This document shows, one piece after another, positions 1 to 11,944 of a DNA stretch of 64,000 nucleotides. Source of the stretch: Narcine bancroftii (taxonomy: Eukaryota). Made by a program: the position numbers and the translations under genes. The stretch is taken from assembly GCF_036971445.1 (NCBI RefSeq), contig NC_091482.1:10292001-10356000 (forward strand). The letters are read 5' to 3'. Position 1 is the stretch's first letter. Every line of letters begins with the position of its first letter. Under the pieces are notes generated by a model, which had not been told where the DNA came from, searched no databases, and worked only from the letters and a program-made list of their open reading frames with translations.

Positions 1-290
1 AACTAGAGGGCATGGTTTAAGATTGAAGGGGGAAAATTATAAGGGGAACATAAGGGGAAATTTCTTTACGCAAAGGGTGGTAGGGATGTGGAATGAGCTT
101 TTGGCAGACATAGTTGACACGGGATCATTGGTTACATTTAAGGATGGACTGGATAGTTACATGGAGAGGAGAGGACTGGAGGGGTATGGACCGGGTGCTG
201 GTCAGTGGGACGAGGTGGGTGTGGATTTGTTACAGCATGGACTAGTAGGGCCAAACTGGCCTGTTCTGTGCTCTAAGTGGTTATATGGTT
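1..290 (+). mobile_element. CR1 LINE 3' end (copy 1, cut by window edge)
   Basis: RGNFFTQRVVGMWNEL is the typical CR1 ORF2 C-terminus; ends in a short TGGTTA-type tail. Confidence 0.85.
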
Positions 291-743
291 AAAGGTCCCC
301 AACTTCTCAAGAACTCCTGAGGCAAATATTCTTGATTTACCTTGATTTACGATTTTCTCATAAAGGTTCAATATCAATTATTTATAAAAATTTGCTTGAT
401 TTAAGGATAACCTCATAAGTTAAGATCAAGAATGATTGGGAACAGGATTTGAATGTATAATTTTTGGATGAGGTTTCAGATTCGATTTGTAATCTGATTA
501 ATGCGACCTCCTTTGCGCTCGACCTTGTTTGTTGCAATTTAAAGTGGCCCATCGAGTTCACATGTGTAAAGTTAAATGATCTCATTTTTATTCAGATACA
601 AATACTCTTTTATGTGATAAACGCAACAAAAAAAAATTGATGCTTCATTGGACTTGCCCTAGTCTAGAAAAATTTTGATAATGTAATAGATAATGTAATG
701 TAATAGATAAGGTTTACATTATTTGCAGTTGAACAAAACAGTT

Positions 744-1536
744 AAGTGTGAGGTGTTACATTTTGGAAAGGGAAATCTAAATAGGTCATATGCATTAAAT
801 GGTAGGCTATTGAGATTTGCAGAGCAACAAAGGGATTTAGGAGTGATGGTAAATAGTACCCTCAAGGTCGATACTCAGGTCGATGGTGTGGTGAAGAAGG
901 CATTTGGAATGCTGGCCTTCATAAATCGGAGTATTGAATTCAAGAGTAGGGAGGTTATGATGAAATTGTACAAGGCATTGGTGAGGCCAAATTTGGAGTA
1001 CTGTGTACAGTTTTGGTCACCAAATTATAGGAAAGATATAAAAATAGAGAGAGTTCAGAGAAGGTTCACGAGAATGTTGACAGGATTTCAAGGTTTGAGT
1101 TACAGGGAAAGGTTGTGCAGACTACGGCTTTTTTTCTCTAGAGCGTAGAAGATTGAAGGGGGACTTGATAGAGGTTTTTAAGATTTTAAACGAGACAGAC
1201 AGAGTAAATGTGGATAGACTTTTTCCATTAAGAGTGGGGAAATTCAAACGAGAGGGCATGGTTTAAGATTGAAAGGGGAATATTATAAGGGGAACATGAG
1301 GGGAAATTTCTTTACGCAAATGGTGGTAGGGATGTGGAATGAGCTTCTGGCAGACATAGTTGAGACGGGATCATTGGTTACATTTAAGGATGGACTGGAT
1401 AGTTACATGCAGAGGAGAGGACTGGAGGGGTATGGACCAGGTGCTGGTCAGTGGGACTAGGAGGGTGGGGATTTGTTACAGCATGGACTAGTAGGGCCAA
1501 ACTGGCCTGCTCTGTGCTGTAAGTGGTTGTATGGTT
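744..1536 (+). mobile_element. 5'-truncated CR1 LINE (copy 2)
   Basis: KCEVLHFG, QRDLGV, LYKALVRPNLEYCVQFWSP, IERVQRRFTRM and FFTQxVVGMWN are CR1 ORF2 C-terminal motifs; frameshifted. Confidence 0.9.
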
Positions 1537-1990
1537 AAAGATCCCCGACTTCTCAAGAACTCCTGAGGCAAATATTCTTGATTTACCTTGATTTACAGTT
1601 TTGTCATAAAGGTTCAATATCAATTATTTATAACAATTTGCTTGATTTAATGATAGCCTCATAAGTTAAGATCAAGAATGATTGGGAACAGGATTTGAAT
1701 GTATAATTTTTGGATGAGGTTTGAAATTCGATTTGTAATCTGATTAATGCGACCTCCTTTTGCGCACGACCTTGTTTGTTGCAATTTAAAGTGGCCCATC
1801 GAGTGCACATGTGTAAAGTTATATGATCTCATTTTTATTCAAATACAAATACTCTTTTATGTGACAAACGCAACAAAAAAAAATTGAGGCTTCATTGGAC
1901 TTGCCCTCGTCTAGAAAATTCTTGATAATGTAATAGATAATGTAATGTAATAGATAAGGTTTACATTATTTGCAGTTGAACAGAACAGTT

Positions 1991-2783
1991 AAGTGTGAGG
2001 TGTTACATTTTGGAAAGGCAAATCTAAATAGGTCATATGCATTAAATGGTAGGCTATTGAGATTTGCAGAGCAACAAAGGGATTTTGGAGTGATGGTAAA
2101 TAGTACCCTCAAGGTCGATACTCAGGTCGATGGTGTGGTGAAGAAGGCATTTGGAATGCTGGCCTTCATAAATCGCAGTATTGAATTCAAGAGTAGGGAG
2201 GTTATGATGAAATTGTACAAGGCATTGGTGAGGCCAAATTTGGAGTACTGTGTACAGATTTGGTCACCAAATTATAGGAAAGATATTAAAATAGAGAGAG
2301 TTCAGAGAAGGTTCACAAGTATGTTGACAGGATTTCAAGGTTTGAGTTACAGGGAAAGGTTGTGCAGACTAGGGCTTTTTTTCTCTGGAGCGTAGAAGAT
2401 TGAGGGGGGACTTGATAGAGGTGTTAAAGATTTTAAAAGAGACAGACAGAGTAAATGTGGATAGACTTTTTCCATTAAGAGTGGGGAAATTCAAACGAGA
2501 GAGCATGGTTTAAGATTGAAGGGGGAAAATTATAAGGGGAACATGAGGGGAAATTTCTTTACGCAAAGGGTGGTAGAGATGTGGAATGAGCTTCTGGCAG
2601 ACATAGTTGAGACGGGATCATTGGTTACATTTAAGGATGGACTGGATAGTTACATGGAGAGGAGAGGACTAGAGGGGTATGGACCGGGTGCTGGTCCGTG
2701 CGACTAGGAGGGTGGTGATTTGTTACAGCATGGACTAGTAGGGCCAAACTGGCCTGTTCTGTGCTCTAAGTGGTTATATGGTT
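1991..2783 (+). mobile_element. 5'-truncated CR1 LINE (copy 3)
   Basis: Same motifs and the same 5' truncation point as copy 2, offset 1247. Confidence 0.9.
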
Positions 2784-3203
2784 AAAGATCCCCGACTTCT
2801 CAAGAACTCCTGAGGCAAATATTCTTGATTTACCTTGATTTACAGTTTTGTCATAAAGGTTCAATATCAATTATTTATAACAATTTGCTTGATTTAAGGA
2901 TAACCTCATAAGTTAAGATCAAGAATGATTGGGAACAGGATTTGAATGTATAATTTTTGGATGAGGTTTGAAATTCGATTTGTAATCTGATTAATACGAC
3001 CTCCTTTTTCGCACGACCTTGTTTGTTGCAATTTAATGTGGCCCATCGAGTGCACATGTGTAAAGTTAAATGATCTCATTTTTATTCAGATACAAATACT
3101 CTTTTATGTGATAAACGCAACAAAAAAAATTGATGCTTCATTGGACTTGCCCTAGTCTAGAAAAATTTTGATAATGTAATAGATAATGTAATGTAATAGA
3201 TAA
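2784..3203 (+). mobile_element. Decayed L1-clade ORF2 C-terminal fragment (also at 291-710 and 1537-1957)
   Basis: Broken reading gives KIKNDWEQDLNV, CLLQF.VAHRVHM, CDK and WTCPSLEK, resembling the L1 C-terminal zinc-knuckle region. Confidence 0.6.
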
Positions 3204-3534
3204 CTGTTTTGTTCAACTGCAAATAATGTAAACCTTAATAAAAATATTAAAGAAGAAAAGGAAAGAAAATTGTAAATGTTTTTATAAAAATAGTTTTTAT
3301 AACTTTCTTGAAAAGAATTTATAATTTCATTTCTTTCTTTCTCCTTTGAGTTGGGTTTGTTTTGATTTTATGCTCTGATGTACTATTATTAATGTGCTCT
3401 ATATTTTTGAATTATGTTCATATTTAGACTTTTTTTTCCTTTTATTTTAATTATGTTGCACATTGTATAATTACATTGTTCAATTGTTTATACTTTAAAG
3501 ATTAATAAAAATATTTTAAAAGTTCCTTCTGGTT

Positions 3535-3700
3535 CCTGAGCCCCATGCCTCCCAAATACCCCAACCTACAATCTTCGAACATTTTGAAAGGTGGTAGGAA
3601 ACCGGAGCACCTGGAAGAAACCCACACAGACATGGGGAAACAGCACCGGTTTCGAACTCGGGTCACTGGCACTGTAACAGCATTGTGCTAACCATTAACT
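3535..3700 (-). mobile_element. V-SINE-type tRNA-derived SINE, decayed
   Basis: Reverse complement of the V-domain core (gaaaccggagcacctggaagaaacccaca) and a B-box-like ttcgaactc. Confidence 0.65.
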
Positions 3701-4079
3701 AACTAACTAACGAACGTGCTGACTAGTTTACAGCATCATCTGTTTTTATTTCAGATTTTCAGCATCTGCGGTGTTTTTTTACTTTAAAACAAAGTTTTGT
3801 CTTGAGTGGTTGAAAATGAGAACAGGTTTTCCGTTATAAGGAAGGCACTGAACTTCTTTCCTGAGACTGCAAAGCTATGGCATAGAGTTAAAAGACAAGG
3901 TGTTCTTGGCTAGATTCAGATTGCATGAAACAAAGTGGGAAGTAGGGAGAAGAATGGAGAAGAGGGTATACAGGAGAAGGATCCACAATGAAATTGTCAA
4001 GCGGTCTGAAGCTTGGGATCATGAACAAAAGGAGGAAAGTGTCCTGTAGAGTGCATTGCTTCCACAATGTTCCAGAGTT

Positions 4080-4560
4080 AAGAGGTCATGTTGCAGCTCT
4101 ACAAATCTCTCATGAGACCACACTTAGTATATTGTGTTCTGATCAGGTCACCTCATTATAAGAAGGATGTGGAAGCTATGGAGAGAGTGCAGGAGATTTA
4201 CCTGGATTGGAAAATAATTCTTATGAGGCAAGGATAGCAGAGCTAGGACTTTTCTCTTTGGACCAAAGGTTGAGATAGGGGTCTTTAAGATTCTGAAGGG
4301 CAGAGATCGGATAGACAGCCAGAATCTTTTACCCAGGGTGGGAGTAGCAAACACCAGAGGTCATCTGTACAAAGTGAAGGGAAGAAAGTTTTAGGGGAGG
4401 CATCAGGGGGCAATTTTTAAAAAATATATAAACACAGAGTGTTGTGGATGCCAGGAATGCCTTGCCAGGGGCTGCAGTGGAGGCGAAAACATGAGGGGCA
4501 TTTAAGAGGCTCTTAGACATGTAGATGAAAGAAAGAGGGCCTGCACTTTGCTGTAGTTTT
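4080..4560 (+). mobile_element. Old CR1 LINE 3' fragment
   Basis: Nucleotide similarity to the CR1 copies at 744-1536 (LYK.L.RPHLEYC and downstream region); many lesions. Confidence 0.7.
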
Positions 4561-5599
4561 CTCTGTAGAGAAAATAGTATTGCGGGCATTGAAGACAGAA
4601 TACTGAATTGGAGGTCCAACAAACAAATTCCTCCTTCATCTGGAAAGAATATTTGAGAGTTTAGAGAAAAAGAGGGAAGAAAGTGGGACAAAGTGCTCAG
4701 CTGTGTCTCCTACACTTGCTCAGGAAAGATGTTGCTGATCTCCGATGATTTATCGGCCTACTGACACTGGGTGTGCAAGTCAATTAGAACCAGGTTGGAG
4801 TAATCAATTAACAGCAGTTTTGGATTGAACATAATCATTTTCAATCTCAATGTAAAATGTTATCATGTCATGATCATTCTTCACCGACAGAAAGGTTATC
4901 AATCTCTTGCACAAAAGGAGATCCAAAATAGCCTTCTCCCAATACTGTATTCTTTCACAACATAGAAGGTGATATTCATCCCATCAAGTCCATGCTATCT
5001 CGAAGCAATCCCATTCCTGCATCTATTTCTCAGCAATCCATATTCTATTCCTTGATTTTTCCACAACCCAAGAGATAGTTAATAGCAGACAATTAATATA
5101 CAAACCAGCAAGAGGAAACTGGAGTACACTTAAGGAGTACATGCAAACTTCAAACATCACCTCCTGGAGGTGAGGATCTAAGGCAGCAAAACTGTGACAT
5201 CCTCTACTTAGTGAGCTGGAAGACATTCCGTGTTAGAACACCAAATCTGAATGATAAAACTTCACAGATGTGCTTATAATCTTCTCTTTCAAATTATTGC
5301 ATTTTTCTTTTCTATATCCAGCTGCTCCTTTTTAAAATAATTGCTAGCTTGACAACTTTGCTCTCTGCCCCATCACAGACATTATCTCCAATCCTAGCCC
5401 TCTCCAAAACTTAAAACATGCTTGTTTCACATTCGGATTTCCAGAGTCCACTTCAAATGGGTGTTAGGCTCTTCGCCACATTAACTATTAACAACCATCC
5501 TTAGCTGAGCTGGGATTCAACCATGTTGAAGATGATTTGCCAGTTGCTAGTATTAATCTTAACTACTGCACTGTGCACTTCATCCAGGTATTACCTTTT

Positions 5600-5800
5600 A
5601 AATTTAGACCTACAGCACGGTAACAGCCCCCTTTGTCCACGAGCCCGTGCGGCCCAATTACACCCAATTGACCTACACCACCTGTACGTTTTGAAGGGTG
5701 GGAGGAAACAGGAGCCTCAGACAAAAAACCACACAGAAACAGGAAGAACATACAAACTCCTTACAGACAGCGATGGATCTGAACCCCAGTTGCCATCCTT
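5600..5800 (-). mobile_element. V-SINE-type SINE
   Basis: Shares tagacctacagcacggtaacag / ggaggaaac / caaactccttacagacag blocks with the other SINE copies in the window. Confidence 0.65.
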
Positions 5801-5963
5801 AATCCACTGACTATATAGTACATACAATAATTAATCTAGCCTTCATCTCTACCAGATTAGCTCTGAAGACTAAAGTTTTCCTTGATTTTCTGCTAATATA
5901 ATACATTCCAAAAATATTCCTCCACATTCAATACTGGTTAATTAATCAAAATTCGCAACTTAC

Positions 5964-6302
5964 GCATAATCTCCAGATTGATGGTGTGCGTGCCAAAGAG
6001 AGGAGGAACATATACCAAACAGGTGTAGGGGCCTTCGTCGTTCATTCCAATATTTTTTATGCGGAGGGATGCATTCCCATTCTTGATCTGGTCCAAGAAT
6101 GGTTGAACTCTCTGATCGATGTGTTCAATCTGCTCATTCCACCCATTGTAGATAAACAATTTTTTCTTGACTCCCCTGTATTGATATCTCCAATCAATCT
6201 TAAAGCCTGTACTGTGATCAATCTTGTAGCCACAATCCAGGATGAAGTCTTGCTTCAGTTTGGTTCTGACCGATGGAGTACTTGTATGGATAATATAGCT
6301 CA
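5964..6302 (-). CDS. Tapasin-family gene, IgV-domain exon (VSYIIHTSTPSV...LDCGY...IDWRYQ...GNASLRI...DEGPYTCLVYVPP...INLEIM)
   Basis: 339 bp, phase 1-1, acceptor ttttcctattag and donor gtaagt. Canonical V-set C-W-DxGxYxC motifs; HTSTPSV and WRYQ resemble tapasin THTPAP/WRRQH and TAPBPR TQTQSL/WRLQH. Confidence 0.9.
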
Positions 6303-8269
6303 CTAATAGGAAAAAGAGAAGCAGCCATATTACAATGGTTAATAATTGTTTCATACAAATTTCATTTATTTCAGGCACTTACCATTTTGATTTACCCGTT
6401 TGTATACATACTGTACTTTCATTCTTTTTAATATTGTTGGAAAAGGTAACTTTTTAAATATTTCTGCACAACACCTTGCTGGGGCCAAATATACAAGAAG
6501 GAATTAAAATATTTTTTAAAGTTGCCAATTTTAATTAATTAATCAAAGGGAGATAGCAGGAACAGGGTATGAATTTGGACAATCAATGTTCAAATTTATT
6601 GTCAGAGTGCATACATGACATTGTAGGAGTGTAATGTAAATATTGTATTTAAAAATAAAGCAAACACTCAAAGTTTTAACATCCATAAAATGGCCGTCTG
6701 CCTTCCTTTATTTCGCTCTCCAACCATTCTCAATGCCTCCTTTCTTCCTCCCAGCATGTCTCTCGCACCACCCCTCTTGCCCCAACGAGCATCATCGCAA
6801 CCCCTCGCTCTGACAGCGCGTGCATGTTACCAATGGCCGCCAGCTTGCGCGTGCGCGCCACCTCCCGCGCACATCACCCAAGTGAAGCCTCGCGCCGCCC
6901 GGTCCAGGTGGGTACACGACTGCGACAAGCCTGAGATTTTTTTTTCTTTGTGGGACAGGCAGAATTTCTAAAGAACTGTAAACCAACTGACTGTGCAAAT
7001 ACAGAAATTATAAATATTCAGTAATAATGGATGAAATACAAGTCCTTAAATGAGGTCAGCACAACATTGTGGGCCAAAGAGCCTCTGAATGAGTCTACTG
7101 TTCCGGCATCTGATAGTTGATACGTCCTGATCATATTAAAATCACATAGTAGGATCAAAGAGCTGAAATACCAATTCCTTCTCCTATTCTCTACATTTCT
7201 AAGATATTGCCTTGAAATTACATGCACATCGAACAGTCTTCAATTTTGGATCTGCTTTTATAGTCATTACCATTATTTGACAATAGAGTACTTTAAAAAA
7301 AAAACTGCAGGCAAACACATCAACTTTTGGTTTCAATAATAAACGCTAACTAAATTGTTAAAGTCAACAAGAATACCTGGATGTTAAACAGCTCTCCCCT
7401 ACCTCTAAGCTGATTCAGTTATGATTCTGGAGGGACATCTGTCCATGCAACCAGCTGCCACAGGGAGAGATAAAGGCAGGTACAATTACTACAATGGGAA
7501 GACTTATGGACAGGTATATAGGATCAAAAGGTTTAGAGGAATATGGGCCAAGTGCATTCAAATGGGTCTAGCTCAGATAGCCAACTTAGTCAACATGGAC
7601 CTTAGGGCCATGCTGTGTTCTAGAACTCTAAATCCCTGGTATTCAGCACCTATGGGAACCAGTAGATGCCAGATAAGTGTATTTTCCAGTTGCTTGAGTT
7701 TGCGTGAATGCCAAATTAACGGTGAGTAGCGGCAATTCTAAACTTACGTATTTTTACCGATTTATTTTCTCAGCCTGCTTGAGGCTGTCAGTTGCTTTAA
7801 TGCCAGATACCAATGCAATTTGTTGGTAGGCTATGAACAGTTACATGATGATATCTAAATTCTTTTAAAAAAAATGTATGATTGGTATTATAAAACTTTT
7901 TTTCAGAGTTTTAATGGTATCCAAAAGAATAAGAACAAATTCTTTTTCCCCTCAGAGATCTTAAAACCCAGTCTTCCCTTGTACCATTTTGAGCAAATTA
8001 TTTCCAAGGATATTGAGACTGTTGAATGACCAATGAACTGCTCATATAAACCTTCTGAAACTCTACTAGATACTTAATTAACAATATTTATTTATTCTTA
8101 TACATATAAAAAGGGCTGCATAGGTATTGCTTGTCTGCATGCATACTACGTCTGGATGGGTGCTTGTGCGTTTTTGCACTGAGGACCAGAGAACGCTGCT
8201 TCATCGGGTTGTTCTTGTCCAACTGGATGATGATAAACATGAACAAAATTAGAAGGGTTGGATTATTAC

Positions 8270-8560
8270 CTTGAACGAGTAGAGTGTCTGTGTTTCCAAT
8301 AGGCGAATCTTCATCCTCAGTTGGTGTTTGACTCTTCCCATTGTCCTCTTGGTCAGGTGCTTTTAATTTCCTTAGGAAGCTAGTTACAGTGAACTTGCCA
8401 TGCTTGTGCTTCATAGTCACCATAAACCATACGTCCTCACTGGACCCCTCACCCTGGTGAGGCCAGGGAACGTAGATGTCACCGGTAGAATATCGGCTAA
8501 TTTCACACTCCAAGTCATTAGGTTGCATATCGACATACTGCAATATGTCCAAAGAAGATT
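8270..8560 (-). CDS. Tapasin-family gene, second N-domain exon (ESSLDILQY...LECEISRY...PWP...VWFMVTM...TLLVQ)
   Basis: 291 bp, phase 1-1, acceptor ttttcatttatag and donor gtaata. CEISRY and WFM match TAPBPR (TCEISRY, AWFM) and tapasin (CEMSRF, AWLM). Confidence 0.9.
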
Positions 8561-8671
8561 CTATAAATGAAAAGAAAGGTTCAGGCTTCCATTAGATAAA
8601 AAGTAGGAACCTGCACTTCTCTCCAATATTGATAAATAAGGAAATCTGCAGACAATGGGGCCAAGTGGAAT

Positions 8672-8773
8672 ACACAAATGTGCAGGAGAAATTCAGCAGG
8701 TCACGTTTTAGTAAGGCCCAATGCTTCCTCTGGATGTCGCGCGACCTGCTGAGTTTCTCCAGCACTTTCGTGT
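8672..8773. repeat. Short inverted-repeat element (about 34-bp arms) made from Penelope-type terminal sequence
   Basis: acacaaatgtgcaggagaaattcagcaggtcacg is the near reverse complement of cgcgacctgctgagtttctccagcactttcgtgt; the same motif ends the element at 9580. Confidence 0.65.
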
Positions 8774-9579
8774 TTTGCCTCTTCCTTACGTCACTAACTA
8801 GTTTTAGTTGCAGCATGTCATTCCCAGAAAACTTACCGCATTGAAATATCACTGTAACAAGCCATTCTGGCTCAGGGCCTCTACACAGTCTCCTGATGCC
8901 CTGAACCTTGAACGATGAAGGATGTCGAGAGCCGAAGGGGTTACGTCCCCACAGCCTATGAAGGTAGATGTGCGAAGGAGTGGGCAGCAATTATGTGCGG
9001 AGGGCTGAGTCCCGCACAACCCAACCAGTCATCAGAGCGTCATTTGGGCTCCCTGTCCTTCTGGACAATAATCAAACACATGATTTTTTTAAAAATTTGA
9101 TTTGGTCCACTGCATCATTGAAGCATTCCATGAGGCCATTCAGCCCATCACATCAATGCATCTTGCCCACACTACAGCCTGAAAGAGAGATCCCCTGAGG
9201 CATCTCAAATTTTGGTCTCATTTCTCAAACAAGAATTCTATGGATTTGGTTAGAATGTCTAGCTTACACCCTATTCCATTCCAAAGGCAGTACATCCAGA
9301 TAAATTGCACTCGATACAAAACTTGCCTTAATGCCAAATGATACCATTCACCAATGTGAAGGTGACATAAAAGAATTTGTTTTTTTACCTTATAAATCAG
9401 TGGCCCAACTGGGTTACCAAGAGACATGCCATTGGAAATCTACAAGTGAAATAAACTTAACTGGCCTCAATTTTCTATTGTAAGCAACTGTTGATGTTTA
9501 AGACAGTGGAAAGACAACTTCAAGTGTTTTGAATCATGATGTTACAGAAGAAATTGACCACAAATAATTAATTGCCAAG

Positions 9580-10080
9580 TAAAAACACAATGCTGGAGAA
9601 ACTCAGCAGGCCAGACAGTGTACTTTATGCAGTAAAGATAAAGATACCTAACCAACGTTTCAGGCTTGAGCCCTTCATCAAGCAAAATGTAGACAGGCAC
9701 CCAAACAAAATGGAGGGGAAGAGCACAGGCCCAATGGAAGGAGGTAATAGGTGGATGAGGGAGGGAGGGCACACAAACAGGTGGGGGGGGGGGGGGCAAT
9801 GGTCTGTGAATGAAGAAGGGGTGGAGAGCTGGAAAAAAGACAAAGGGATGAGGAAAAGAGGGAGAATGGGGAATGGGTTGGAAGAAAATCATTGTTTATG
9901 TCATCCAGTTGGAGAATGTGCACACGGAATATTAGGAGTTGCTCTTTCAATATACGGGTGGCCTTGGTTTGACAGTATGAGGCCATAGACAGCCATGGCA
10001 GAATGGGAGTGGGGAGCAGAATTGAAGTGGCTGGCCACTAGGAGATCCCTTTCATGAATGTGGACAGACCGAAGGTGCAT
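9580..10080 (-). mobile_element. Penelope-like element 3' fragment (GIY-YIG C-terminal remnant plus terminal repeat)
   Basis: Minus-strand remnants VASHFNSAPHSH and CQTKATRILKEQLLIFRV...DDINNDF resemble the PLE endonuclease C-terminus; followed by a pyrimidine-rich tract and a hammerhead-like terminal repeat. Confidence 0.75.
9654..9682 (-). ncRNA. Minimal hammerhead-ribozyme-like motif with a core variant, in the PLE terminal repeat
   Basis: Minus strand reads TTGATGA-A-GGGC-TCAA-GCCT-GAAA-CGTT: CUGAUGA box with C changed to U, a helix II hairpin, a GAAA box and palindromic AACGTT. Confidence 0.6.
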
Positions 10081-10114
10081 TAATTGCTGAGCTTGTTTGA
10101 TGTTCTCAGGTTAC

Positions 10115-10291
10115 CTTTGACTTTAAAAATAATCGCTTTCTCGTTTGTGTCGACATCACCAACCAGCAGTAATGCCTTTCTCGTGATAACTATGGGCCCA
10201 AACGCACCAACCCCTTCATTGGGCCTCTCCTCTCGAAAGATGCAGTCCAATTTGGTTGGAATTATATGTCCATTCTGAGCCAGCACAATTC
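10115..10291 (-). CDS. Tapasin-family gene, first N-domain exon (GIVLAQNGHIIPTKLDCIFREE...RKALLLVG...IIFKVK)
   Basis: 177 bp, phase 1-1, polypyrimidine acceptor ending taag and donor gtaacc. LDCxF...ALLL...IIF parallels TAPBPR LDCFL...ASLVL...IIFE; splices in frame to 8560. Confidence 0.85.
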
Positions 10292-11944
10292 CTTAAAAAA
10301 AAGAAAAGTCAAAAAATTTTAAACCAAAGCTGAACAATATTACACCACCACTTCATTGAGAAAAAAAAAAGTTTGCATTATAGTGAATGTTTTTAACACA
10401 TAAAACAACTTTTTTTTCCCAAATGTCAGTCATAACTCCATCAGTAACAACCTTACCTTAGTCAAAAAGTTCTCCATTCAAACCCTACTCTGAAGATCTA
10501 GTCAAAGGGAAAACAAACAAAACCAACACTGCTGCACCCCCTCAGTACTGTTGTGCAATGCAGATCTTTGGAAACAAAGGTGAATGCTTGAGGGGCTGAA
10601 TGGCCTACTGATCTGCTGTTGTAGACTTTCTATGAAAGAGGTGGCCAAGCTTATTTAACATAAGAGCCACATAAACAGATGTTTGAGTTGCAAGACATGA
10701 AAAATATTACTTACACATTTTTACTCTTACATGCACATTTTATTACAAAAATGTATGCAAACATTAAGAAATAAGTGTACATAATAATATTTATTCATGT
10801 ACATAGATTTTAAACTGCTAATTTCTATTAGTTTAAATAATCAAAAAGTTCACATATAAACCAAATATTTTGTTTATACCGGTAAATCCGTGTTCAGACT
10901 CAGATGTGCGGGCAGCTGGCCGCGAAGCAAATTTGAGTTGAGGGCATCAGGAGCTTTTGATGACCAGGTGGCCAAGGCGTTGGGACCTCAGATGGGAGGG
11001 CAACTGGCCAGGGACAAGTGGCAAGTTTGAGTTCGGCTTGTCGGGAGCTTGGATGAGTGAGAGGCCAGGGCCTTAGTGAGAATCCGTGTTCGGGGCGTCC
11101 GGAGTTCCGGAGGGAGAGTGGCATGGATCACACTAACACTCCGCTGTTTTCACAGCTAGCAGCCCAGACACACACACACACACACACAACAATCATTAGC
11201 CATGAACTACCACTGTGAGCACCAGCTCATACAATTCCTGTCTCAGCCAACATATTTCTGCGAAACCCTGACATGTTGCACCATGGAGCCCTACTTAATT
11301 TCACATGCAATGAATGAGATGGGCTGATGTCTTTATCTGGATGCACGTCACAGCCTTCCTTTGTAAAGCCACAACCAGTAATGAAGTGAATGACCAGATA
11401 ATCTATTTTAAGGGTTAGGAAAGCAGCTACCTGCCCCCAACCACTCTATGCTAAACCTTTGCTCCATTCAGGTCTCCTCTCATCTTTCAACATCTAACTT
11501 GATCACCACGTTCCTCTATTTCTTTCTCTCTTTGTCCAGCCACTCCAAAAATCTATCAATGGCATTCCATGACACTCAGATCAGGATGTTTCGTCCTGGT
11601 TCCCTGATGACTATCTTACACTAATGACCTCTACATTTCCTAATTAAAGGAAAGATTTGCATGCACTGTGAGGTTAAAAACCCTACACTGAACTTACAAA
11701 ACTTAAACAGGACTTGAAGGCTGGAATAGAGTGGATGTTTCTCTCACCTGAACCAAGGTAATAAGAGGTTGGTTATTTAAGAGGAGATTTCTGCACTCGG
11801 AGGGTTTGAATCTTTGGAGTTCTCTACCCTTGAGGATTGTCGAGTCACGATTGAGTACATTCAAAGCAAAGCTCAATTATTCTTCCGATATTTGGGGAAT
11901 CAACAGAGACAGGCAGAGTGGGAAAAGGGTTTGCAATTTTTAGA

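Larger units (their letters stand above)
1..3203 (+). repeat. Tandem duplication, unit about 1247 bp (CR1 3' fragment plus about 420 bp of decayed L1-derived spacer), at least 2.6 copies, continuing off the left edge
   Basis: Near-identical ORFs recur at 23/1269/2516 and 723/1970 (offsets 1246-1247); nucleotide blocks match with scattered substitutions. Confidence 0.95.

Noticed and set aside
5938-6378. Apparent signal peptide or TM segment at the start of the 146-aa ORF
   Set aside because: It is the translated polypyrimidine tract of the splice acceptor at 6303.
6622-6926. CpG-rich TG...CA-bounded segment, possible solo LTR
   Set aside because: No convincing TSD and no recognisable family; not supportable without a repeat-library search.
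10292-10497. Nearby candidates for the tapasin-like first exon (41-bp AG/GT-bounded segment 10457-10497; ATG at 10356)
   Set aside because: MENFLTK ends in phase 0 and hits a stop when joined to 10291; the 10356 ATG is out of frame and stops early.
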